From Thermodesulfovibrionales bacterium (GTDB lineage: Bacteria > Nitrospirota > Thermodesulfovibrionia > Thermodesulfovibrionales > SM23-35), in assembly GCA_020062205.1 (NCBI GenBank), contig JAGUWT010000230.1, forward strand, positions 1-42,751: a DNA stretch of 42,751 bases. Reading direction: 5' to 3'. The first letter of the stretch is position 1. Each line of letters starts with the position of its first letter. A program made the translations under genes and the position numbers. Of the stretch, positions 28,688 through 36,795 are shown in pieces. The notes below the pieces were generated by a model. That model did no database searches. It saw only the letters and a list, made by a program, of their open reading frames with translations, and was not told the DNA's origin.

Positions 28688-29424
28688 TTCCAGCATTAGT
28701 AATTGGAAGGGGTGGCAGCACCGGATTTCCCGGAAAAAATACTACCAGTATAGTTGGTCGGCCGTTAATGTCTTATCCGATATTGGCAGCCAAACACTCC
28801 AAGATGGTAGATAGGGTATATATCTCCACTGATACAGAAGATATTGCATCTATAGGGAAAAATTATGGTGCGGAGCTGATTAAACGTCCTGATTATCTGG
28901 CCACTAAAGAGGCCCTGTCCCAGGATGCTTTTAAACATGGGTTTGATACGATTGTCGAACTCATTAAGCCGGAGGAATTGGAAATGATAGTTTTACTTTT
29001 TGCCAACGGCGCAACGATTACACCCGGAATTATAGATAAGGGGATTGAAGTCTTACGAACAAACCCGAACCTGGATTCAGCTGTCACTGTAAGCTGTTAC
29101 AACATGTGGAGCCCCTTGAGGGCGCATAAAATTGTGGACGGGTTATTAAAGCCTTTTTTAGATGCCTCCTTTTTTGAATCCGCAAGTTGCGACAGGGATT
29201 CACAGGGAGATGTGTACTTCCCCGATTGTTCGGCATTTGTCGTGAAACCAAAATGTTTTGACTATGATTACGGCAGACCGCCTTTTCCATGGATAGGGAG
29301 AGTAGTATATCCTCTTAAACAATGGGGAGGTCTTGATATCGACTTCAAATGGCAGTTTCCAATAGTGGAATTCTGGCTCCGTGAGCATGGATTCACAGAA
29401 ACCAAAACTCCGTACGACAAGTAG
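28684..29424 (+). CDS. NeuA/KdsB-type cytidylyltransferase (CMP-ulosonate synthetase-like)
   Basis: IGRGGSTGFPGKN (compare PARGGSKGIPxKN), GRPL, ISTD, IKRP, C-terminal DID. Confidence 0.85.
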   Translation: MIPALVIGRGGSTGFPGKNTTSIVGRPLMSYPILAAKHSKMVDRVYISTDTEDIASIGKNYGAELIKRPDYLATKEALSQDAFKHGFDTIVELIKPEELEMIVLLFANGATITPGIIDKGIEVLRTNPNLDSAVTVSCYNMWSPLRAHKIVDGLLKPFLDASFFESASCDRDSQGDVYFPDCSAFVVKPKCFDYDYGRPPFPWIGRVVYPLKQWGGLDIDFKWQFPIVEFWLREHGFTETKTPYDK

Positions 29425-29426
29425 CG

Positions 29427-30422
29427 ATGGCAACAATAAAAGTCTTTATTACAGATTATATAACATCTCCTGATATTGAGCGCGCGGTTTTGGGAGAAGG
29501 AGTCTCAATCGAGTGCCTTAATACAGAAGATGAGGCTGAGTTTCCTGATTCCATCGAAGAAGAGGCAGATGCCCTGCTTGTGTGGCATGCACGCATAACG
29601 GAGAAGACCATCAGACGACTTAAAAAATGCAGGGTTATTGTCCGTTACGGCGTTGGATATGATAACGTGGATTTCAGATGTGCGCAGAGATACGGTATCC
29701 CTTTCTGCAATACACCTGATTACGGTATCCATGAAGTTGCGGATACCACCTGCGGCATGATACTTGCGTTTATCAGGAAAATTTTTTCTTATCACCATTC
29801 AGCGCAAAGATTTTCTTCGGGTTGGCAGGAACATACGCAACCGCCGATAAAACGTTCCACACAGCATAATTTAGGTATTATCGGGATTGGCCGTATTGGC
29901 TCTGCAGTGGCTTTAAGGATGAAGGCATTTGGAATAAGCATAGGTTTTTATGATCCGTATGTGCCGAGTGGATATGAAAAGACCCTCGGGGTGCAACGTT
30001 TTGAATCCCGAGAAGAACTGCTTAAATTCTCAAGCATAGTCTCCCTGCATGTGCCCCTTAATGAAGAGACACGCTGGATGGTTGATGAGAGGTTTATACA
30101 GAATTTAAATGATAATACAACCCTTATTAATACAGCTCGTGGAAAGATAGTAAAGGATCTAGATGTCCTGTATGATGGACTGGTTTCAAGCAAACTTGCG
30201 GCTGTGGGTTTGGATGTTTTGCCTGAGGAGCCTCCGTTGCCTTCAGAACGCTTGATACAGGCATGGAAAGATGTAAATTCCGATTTTCATCAGAGAATTA
30301 TTATTAACCCTCACACTTCATATTTTTCCGATCAGGCATGGCGTGAGATGAGAGAAAAGGCCGCAGAAAACGTTAAGAGAATCCTGGAGGGAAAGAGCCC
30401 CAGGAATCTAATTACTTCTTAA
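29427..30422 (+). CDS. D-isomer-specific 2-hydroxyacid dehydrogenase (CtBP-like subfamily)
   Basis: RYGVGYDNVD, NTPDYG..EVAD, GIIGIGRIG, YDPY, SLHVPL, INTARG, LDVLPEEP, NPH. Confidence 0.92.
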   Translation: MATIKVFITDYITSPDIERAVLGEGVSIECLNTEDEAEFPDSIEEEADALLVWHARITEKTIRRLKKCRVIVRYGVGYDNVDFRCAQRYGIPFCNTPDYGIHEVADTTCGMILAFIRKIFSYHHSAQRFSSGWQEHTQPPIKRSTQHNLGIIGIGRIGSAVALRMKAFGISIGFYDPYVPSGYEKTLGVQRFESREELLKFSSIVSLHVPLNEETRWMVDERFIQNLNDNTTLINTARGKIVKDLDVLYDGLVSSKLAAVGLDVLPEEPPLPSERLIQAWKDVNSDFHQRIIINPHTSYFSDQAWREMREKAAENVKRILEGKSPRNLITS

Positions 30423-30438
30423 AGACAGCATAACAAAA

Positions 30439-32433
30439 ATGATAGCTAAAAATCTTCTGATCGTAGATAATTGTGAGGGGAAAGTTTTTGACCAATATGT
30501 GGGGGACAACTTAAATGAGTCCGAATGGGAAATATTGACTTTGGGCGCTACAGAAACATTGTATTTTGGCAGAAATAAGGCCAAGTTACAACAGCAGTTA
30601 GCTAACTATTCGTTTATTGACCTGACAGAATATTATCTAAAGGCACAAGAATTAACCAAGGAATATTGTCTTCGTTTAAAATTTGAGTTTCCCAAAAAAA
30701 AGATATGGAAAGGAAAAACTTTATTTGATCTTTTAAGTTTTAAAGAGTTTAATCTTTGGTGGTTTACTACGTTTTCAGAAATGGGGACTTTCAGGATTAA
30801 ATTCATTGATCAAATATATTTTCTGTCTTTAATTCAACTTGTTATTTCCAGCAGAGAAAAGTATGACAATATATGTCTGGATATCAAAGACTGTCCACTT
30901 AACTCGATATTAACTGATTATTTTCGAAAAGAGAATATGAATGTCTTTACAACAAGACATTACTCTAATATCAGAAATACACTAACCCGTAGGTTCCCAT
31001 TATTGTGGTGGATAATTTCGGTTACAAGTTTCTTATCACTTCAATTGGTGAAAACTGCTATTTTGAAATTATTCAATATAGGTTTTAATCCTGATAGTAA
31101 AAATTTTTATCTTTTTTTCAGTTTCTATCCATTACTCTGGAAAAATAAAGAAGAAAAAAATATCAGGAATGCAATTTATAACGACTTACCGGAGCAATTA
31201 TCTGAAGTAGCTCCGTCATATCATGCAGTATTTATCACAAACATTGGGGAACTCTGGAAGCAAAGAAAATCTATCCATGATGTTTTTCAGAATGGAAAAA
31301 TTATACCTGTAGAGAGATTTATTACCTTAAAGAACTATTGGTTTTTGTTAAGTATTAAGTTAGTAAAATTAATATTTAATTACAGCTTTTTTGTTTCAAA
31401 AAAAATAAAAGAATTCTATAACGGGTATGATATAACTAAACTTGTTGTCGGGACCTTCAATTCATCTCTGGGAGATCATGAACTATTCAGGGATGTTTTG
31501 ATCTATTTTGCTCTTACCAATATATTCAGAAAGTATGATGTTAGAGGCATTATTCATGCCTCTGAGTTTCAATGTTATGAAAAAGCTATCTGGTATGCAG
31601 CAAAAAATAAATGTAAAGTTTTCGCTCTACAGCACTCTGCCATAGGGAAAAACTGGTTAAATTATTATTTCTGCCCAGATGAAATACCTTTGTATTTAGG
31701 AGATAAAAGGCCTTCATGGAATATGCCGTTACCTGATTTATACCTTACCTCTGGTGTTTATCCATATGAAGTTATAGTGCAAAACAAAATCCCTGAAAAT
31801 ATGCTCAGGTTGTGTGGCGCCGTCAGATACGATAAATTGGCTTCTTATATTCAGCACAAACCCTCAAAGATTGAGTTAAGAAAAAAATATAATATTCAAA
31901 ACAAAATGAAAGTACTTTTGGTATTTAGTGGCGTCAACAGAGAGGAATCTATAAATATGATTAGTAATATTAGCTTCGCTTTGCAGGAGATAGACGCTGG
32001 CATTTTAGTTCTGTTCAAGTCACACCCGCTTAGAATAATAGATGAAGAGTTTAAAAAGATTATGAGAACAAACAATGTAAGGGTCCCTTTTGATACTATT
32101 CCAGTTAATGCAAATTATTTTGAATATATAACTTTAGCTGATGTTACATGTTTTTGTAATTCAACAATCGGTATAGAATCAATTGCCTTAGGAACCCATG
32201 CTGTTAGTTTTGATAATATTCATAGTATGGTTAGTTTCGACATGATCGAAGTAGGTGATGCAGTATTCCATGTGAAGAACCCATGTGAATTGAGACAGGC
32301 ATTGGATAAGATCCTAAGAGGAGATGAAATATTAAAAATGGTTGAGAATCTTTGGTCAGATGCCATTTATAAAACGTTTTATTCTTTAGACGGAAAATCT
32401 CATAAAAGGTTTATCGAATGTTTAAAGAATTGA
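30439..32433 (+). CDS. Large uncharacterised surface-carbohydrate protein, probable GT-B fold ulosonate glycosyltransferase
   Basis: LWWFTTFSE, EFQCYEKA, ALQHS, MPLPD, GAVRY, FKSHP, NSTIGIESIALG, terminal DGKSHKR. Recalled resemblance to large proteins in Leptospira LPS loci. AT-rich. Confidence 0.55.
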   Translation: MIAKNLLIVDNCEGKVFDQYVGDNLNESEWEILTLGATETLYFGRNKAKLQQQLANYSFIDLTEYYLKAQELTKEYCLRLKFEFPKKKIWKGKTLFDLLSFKEFNLWWFTTFSEMGTFRIKFIDQIYFLSLIQLVISSREKYDNICLDIKDCPLNSILTDYFRKENMNVFTTRHYSNIRNTLTRRFPLLWWIISVTSFLSLQLVKTAILKLFNIGFNPDSKNFYLFFSFYPLLWKNKEEKNIRNAIYNDLPEQLSEVAPSYHAVFITNIGELWKQRKSIHDVFQNGKIIPVERFITLKNYWFLLSIKLVKLIFNYSFFVSKKIKEFYNGYDITKLVVGTFNSSLGDHELFRDVLIYFALTNIFRKYDVRGIIHASEFQCYEKAIWYAAKNKCKVFALQHSAIGKNWLNYYFCPDEIPLYLGDKRPSWNMPLPDLYLTSGVYPYEVIVQNKIPENMLRLCGAVRYDKLASYIQHKPSKIELRKKYNIQNKMKVLLVFSGVNREESINMISNISFALQEIDAGILVLFKSHPLRIIDEEFKKIMRTNNVRVPFDTIPVNANYFEYITLADVTCFCNSTIGIESIALGTHAVSFDNIHSMVSFDMIEVGDAVFHVKNPCELRQALDKILRGDEILKMVENLWSDAIYKTFYSLDGKSHKRFIECLKN

Positions 32434-32447
32434 AGAGGTTTAAAAAT

Positions 32448-32536
32448 ATGAAAGGCCCTTTAGTTACAGTACAGTATTAATGCCTGTTTATAACGGTGGG
32501 GAATATCTCAAATTCCTATCTATATTATCTATATGA
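32448..32536 (+). pseudogene. Frameshifted N-terminal stump of a GT2 glycosyltransferase
   Basis: GAGGT SD then ATG 32448. Removing one copy of the tandem ACAGT (32466-32475) gives MKGPLVTVLMPVYNGGEYLK, the canonical GT2 start. It is truncated immediately afterwards. Confidence 0.7.
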
Positions 32537-34011
32537 ACCGCTCATTTAGGATGTCTGCCGCAGTGATCGCCGGAGGTGCGGCCGTGGGTTTGCTTGTACA
32601 TGCCCTGGCGTCAAATCCCCAACTGGCGATGCCTTTAGCTGCGGCTGTATTCTTATTGGGCATAGTGTTTCAAGAGCGTGTCCTCTACTACTTCATCGTG
32701 GGGACTATGCCGTTGCACCATAATGCATGGGTGCTCTCGGATATCGGTTTTGGGGCAATCCCTGTGCTGGTGCCAGTTTTGGCGGCTTCCGTCATTGCCA
32801 AACAGATGTTGAAAGGCAGTCCTTTTCGGTTTCCCAAGAGGATGAGACCGGCGATCATTTTCATTGCTCTCGCGGCACTATCAATTGCCTTCGCCGAATC
32901 GAAGGCTGACGCCCTAAACCTTATGGCCTGGGAGAGGGCATTCGTTCGAGTGCTGCTTTTCCCTTACGTTGCTTGGGTCATTTTTATATCGCTCTGTCCC
33001 GAGGCACAGGTGAAATTTCTGAGCCGCCAGACCGCTGTTGTGCTCTTCGTAACGTTTGCCGGCGTTGTTCTTTCCTTCCTCCAAGTTTTGACTGGAGAAT
33101 TTTATTTTATCTCAAGCCAATGGGAGAACTATAGTGTTCACAGTGCGCTCTTAGCGCGCCCCATAGGTCTAGCCGACTATCCAATCGCATGGGGGGTCTT
33201 TCTGCTCATCCCCTTCTTCATGGTGCTCGCCGAAGCATCAGCAGGCATCATCCTGTATAAATGGTTTGCTGCGGGCATTATCCTGGTAGGGTTAGTGATT
33301 TCCGGAACCCGAGGTGCTTGGCTAGGGGGATTGGTTGCGATGCTCTGGTTTTTCTCTAAAGCACGGCATCGAAGGAGGGCCGTCTTCTTGCCACTCCTAT
33401 TCGTCGTACTAATCACGGGTGGGGTCATATTCAGTGTCGGGGCCTTCCGTAATATTTCATGGGAGAGGATCGAAACGGGTGAGGAAGGACTAATAGGTCG
33501 ATTGCCGATATTGCTTGGGGTAGTTAACATGGCCATCAGTCATCCCATCATTGGGGTCGGCATAGGAAATGTCCCTATCTACCTTCTAAACCACGCGCGC
33601 GAACTCTTGGGTGACTTCAGGGTCGAATACTGGCAGCATTGGATCGGACGCAGCGAAGCAACTCATGCGCACAATATGCTCTTGGGCATCTGGGCAGAAA
33701 TAGGCACTTTCGGCCTGCTCGCGCTGTGCTGGCTCCTCTGGAGAGGCTGGCAGAATTTCCAATCGTTCTCAATGCCAAGCGGGGTTGATGATTCGCTGAG
33801 CCGTGGCATATCGCTAATGCGGATCCGAGATGGTCTGCAAGCCGCCTATCTTGCCATCATTGTGGCGTCATTCTTTCAAGCAATCGACCATTATTTGTTT
33901 CTCTGGTTCTTACTCGCCGCGTCTTTCATGCTGAAGAGTTATGCCACGAGGCTGCGGATTACGGATCCGCAGCCTGCGCTTAGTGTGAAGGGTCATAAAT
34001 ACGTTGATTGA
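32533..34011 (+). CDS. O-antigen ligase/polymerase (Wzy_C / WaaL) family membrane protein, probable Wzy
   Basis: Multi-TM protein with RPIG...P, SGTRGAWLG, GR...HPIIGVGIGN, HAHNMLLGIWAEIGTFGL. GC-rich relative to neighbours. Confidence 0.85.
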   Translation: MNRSFRMSAAVIAGGAAVGLLVHALASNPQLAMPLAAAVFLLGIVFQERVLYYFIVGTMPLHHNAWVLSDIGFGAIPVLVPVLAASVIAKQMLKGSPFRFPKRMRPAIIFIALAALSIAFAESKADALNLMAWERAFVRVLLFPYVAWVIFISLCPEAQVKFLSRQTAVVLFVTFAGVVLSFLQVLTGEFYFISSQWENYSVHSALLARPIGLADYPIAWGVFLLIPFFMVLAEASAGIILYKWFAAGIILVGLVISGTRGAWLGGLVAMLWFFSKARHRRRAVFLPLLFVVLITGGVIFSVGAFRNISWERIETGEEGLIGRLPILLGVVNMAISHPIIGVGIGNVPIYLLNHARELLGDFRVEYWQHWIGRSEATHAHNMLLGIWAEIGTFGLLALCWLLWRGWQNFQSFSMPSGVDDSLSRGISLMRIRDGLQAAYLAIIVASFFQAIDHYLFLWFLLAASFMLKSYATRLRITDPQPALSVKGHKYVD

Positions 34012-34070
34012 GCGTCGGGGATACTTACGCGCGAAAGGGTTTCATAGAAAGTATGAACTGAGTGAGGGCA

Positions 34071-34178
34071 ATGGGCGCGGGGGAAATTTAATCGGGAGTT
34101 TAAGGAAGAGGCAGTACGACTGATAACAGAGGGAAGACGACCTGTATCTACGGTGTGTCCACTTTTTTGGCAAGAGCA
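34071..34178 (+). mobile_element. Degenerate IS3-family remnant (orfA start joined to a right-end-like sequence)
   Basis: Frame from 34084 reads KFNREFKEEAVRLITEGRRPVS (HTH_Tnp_1-like OrfA N-terminus; ATG 34071 is one base out of frame). It is followed by GTGTCCACTTTTTTGGCAAGAGCA (34155-34178), resembling IS3-family right ends. Confidence 0.6.
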
Positions 34179-34235
34179 AAAAGAATCTTAATGAATTAAT
34201 GAGATGGAGTATCATTGAAGGGAGTACGCGGATAA

Positions 34236-35135
34236 ATGTATATCAGCGCTGTAATACCTACACGAAATCGTCCCGATGATTTAATACGCACAGTCAATTC
34301 CATCATTAGACAAAATCTCTTGCCTGATGAATTGTTGATAATTGATCAGAGTAGGGATGATATATCCAAAAATCTGGTAATGAATCTATTCGCCGAACAA
34401 GGGGATAGTATAAACTTAAAATATATTCTTGATGATTCGATACAAGGTCTCGTAGCCGCCAAAGAAGTTGCCGTATCCATAGGTTTGGGAGACATTATAA
34501 TGTTTTTGGAAGATGATGTAGTGCTTGAGGAGGATTATATAGATAATATGGCACAGGGATTTATTGATCATCCTGAAATGATGGGTTCATGCGGTGTTGT
34601 TACAGAAGTGCCGAATGTAAATAAATTTTATCAATCATTTTTTCATCTTTTCCACCGGGGCATTTTCTACGACAAGAGGGTAGGTGTTCATGGCAATTCA
34701 AAAAAATGGGAGCAACTTTTGATTCAAAGCAATTATTTGAGCGGCGGCCTTTCTGCATACAGACGTGAGGTATTTGAAAAGGTAAAATTTGATACGAAAA
34801 ATGACTTTTTTATGCTTGAAGATATTAATTTCTCGACCCGTGTTGTCAGGGAGTTTGGAGAAGACAGATTTTTTATAAATACCAGTGCTCGTCTGCAACA
34901 CAAAATGTCAGCAGTTAACCGTAGTAAATTTAAAGTGCGTTATGAACGAAAGTTGCGTGAATATATTTGTTTTTACAAACTAAACTGTGACCAGAAGATG
35001 TCTCTGACAAATCTCCTCTGGCTGCTTATCGGCCTCTTTATCGAGGCATGTTTCGAGTCTTTAAAATCGCTCAATTTTGGTCCTTTAAAAGGCTCCCTTG
35101 CCGGTCTTGTTAAAGGAATCAGGCAGAAGATCTAG
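34236..35135 (+). CDS. Family 2 glycosyltransferase
   Basis: ISAVIPTRNRP, LLIIDQS, MFLEDDV, LSGG, FD...MLED. Confidence 0.9.
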   Translation: MYISAVIPTRNRPDDLIRTVNSIIRQNLLPDELLIIDQSRDDISKNLVMNLFAEQGDSINLKYILDDSIQGLVAAKEVAVSIGLGDIIMFLEDDVVLEEDYIDNMAQGFIDHPEMMGSCGVVTEVPNVNKFYQSFFHLFHRGIFYDKRVGVHGNSKKWEQLLIQSNYLSGGLSAYRREVFEKVKFDTKNDFFMLEDINFSTRVVREFGEDRFFINTSARLQHKMSAVNRSKFKVRYERKLREYICFYKLNCDQKMSLTNLLWLLIGLFIEACFESLKSLNFGPLKGSLAGLVKGIRQKI

Positions 35136-36126
35136 CCTGTATAGCTTAGACAATTTGGAAAATAAAGCAATTTTTGTTACTGGTGCTACTGGTTTTATAG
35201 GGAGACAATTGGTTGCCGATCTCCTAAAAGAAAATGTATCGGTCTATGCTCTTATTCGTGAAAATAGCAATAGATCGAATATGGATAAAAGAATACATTT
35301 TATTAAAGGCGATATTACTGAGAATATCGTTTTACCCAGCGGAATTAAAACTATATATCATTGTGCAGGGATAATATCGAGAAGGGATCAAATGGAAAAT
35401 GTTAATGTCCATGGTTCACAAAATATAGTTGATGCTGCATTAAAACAAAACTGCCGGTTAATTCATCTTTCGAGTGCTGGAGTTGTGGGACGAACCAGGG
35501 AAAACTATATCGATGAAAATACAGAATGCAATCCGCAGAACCTTTACGAGCAAACCAAGCTTGAAGCTGAAAAAATTGTAAAAAAAGGCATTGCTATGGG
35601 ATTGAAAGCTCAAATACTGAGACCCACTATTGTTTTTGGGACTGGAAGAGAGCCTGCTAATGATAGTTTTCTTCAACTTATTATTGCTATGAAGTCCGGC
35701 CGTTACAAAAATATTGGCGCTGGTAGCAGCGTATATAATATAGTCCATGTTAATGAAGTCGTTCATGCCATGCGCGCACTGGATAGTGACGATATCTCAA
35801 ATGGTGGGATATATTTTATTAATACTCCGATAACTTTTAAAGAGATGTACAGAATTGTTCAGGAAGAAACAAAGGGTAAAGTTAATAAACCATCCAGTAT
35901 CCCTTATTCAATAGCCTTCGGTGCTGCTGCAATTCTTTCTGCAATTTCGCTCATAGCCGGTAAAAAAATGCCCTTAACTCTCTCACGATTGAAGGCACTG
36001 ACGAATAAAAAAGTCTTCTCACAGAATTGCCTCATAGATATGACTTCCTACCGTCCTCTTGTAACAGTGGAAGATTATATTAGGCAAGCCTGCAGGGAGT
36101 ATGCTGAAAAAGGTCTGTTAAACTAA
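35098..36126 (+). CDS. NAD-dependent epimerase/dehydratase/reductase (extended SDR). True start probably downstream, e.g. TTG 35155
   Basis: FVTGATGFIG, YHCAG, HLSSAGV, YEQTK (YxxxK), LRPTIVFG. Confidence 0.85.
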   Translation: MPVLLKESGRRSSLYSLDNLENKAIFVTGATGFIGRQLVADLLKENVSVYALIRENSNRSNMDKRIHFIKGDITENIVLPSGIKTIYHCAGIISRRDQMENVNVHGSQNIVDAALKQNCRLIHLSSAGVVGRTRENYIDENTECNPQNLYEQTKLEAEKIVKKGIAMGLKAQILRPTIVFGTGREPANDSFLQLIIAMKSGRYKNIGAGSSVYNIVHVNEVVHAMRALDSDDISNGGIYFINTPITFKEMYRIVQEETKGKVNKPSSIPYSIAFGAAAILSAISLIAGKKMPLTLSRLKALTNKKVFSQNCLIDMTSYRPLVTVEDYIRQACREYAEKGLLN

Positions 36127-36129
36127 ATT

Positions 36130-36795
36130 ATGAAGCTTAACAAAAGTCGTCTACTCATTGTCATCTCTATCATTGTTTTAACGACCAGCATCTTGCTTTT
36201 TAGTGTCAGATTGGCAGGATACTGGCTTCTAAACAGTGACAACCCACAAGAGGCAGACGCAATTGTCGTGCTCGCCGGAAACCCCACCAGAGCCTTTTAT
36301 GCTGCAGACCTCTATGTAAAAGGGTATGCCCCGAAAATATACATCAGTAAACCCATCCGTTTACATCATGAGCGATTGTTGGATGAACTCGGGGTGATTT
36401 CACCTTATGCAGAGGATATCTACAGACAGGTGCTTTTGAAAAAGGGTGTTCCTGATTCACATATTCAGGTGTTCGGAAAATCATCAATAAGCACTGTTGA
36501 AGAGGCAGAGGCTATTAAGGAACTCTTTAAAGGTTCTAATAAACGCCTTTTAGTCATTACTTCTCCTTACCATACAAGAAGGACAAAGATGATCATCAGA
36601 GATGTATTAGGGGGATACGATGTTAAAGTTGTAGCGACACCTTATGAACCATTTCCCAAAAAATGGTGGACAGATCAGGACTCAGCAAGAAATGTAATTC
36701 TTGAGGCATTTAAAATTCTATTTTATAAGTTAGGTGGCACTTTCATTCCGGGACGGATTGAAATTATGGGTTTATGGCTGCAACGGAAAAGCTGA
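36130..36795 (+). CDS. YdcF/DUF218 family protein with N-terminal membrane anchor
   Basis: N-terminal TM, ADAIVVLAG, STVEEA, LVITSPYHTRR, ILEAFK. Confidence 0.88.
   Translation: MKLNKSRLLIVISIIVLTTSILLFSVRLAGYWLLNSDNPQEADAIVVLAGNPTRAFYAADLYVKGYAPKIYISKPIRLHHERLLDELGVISPYAEDIYRQVLLKKGVPDSHIQVFGKSSISTVEEAEAIKELFKGSNKRLLVITSPYHTRRTKMIIRDVLGGYDVKVVATPYEPFPKKWWTDQDSARNVILEAFKILFYKLGGTFIPGRIEIMGLWLQRKS

Noticed and set aside
24164-30422. Housekeeping glycolysis, serine or vitamin B6 genes (gapA/epd, serA/pdxB)
   Set aside because: GAPDH phosphate sites are altered, there is no pgk/tpi/serC/pdxA, and the genes are coupled to nucleotide-sugar enzymes.
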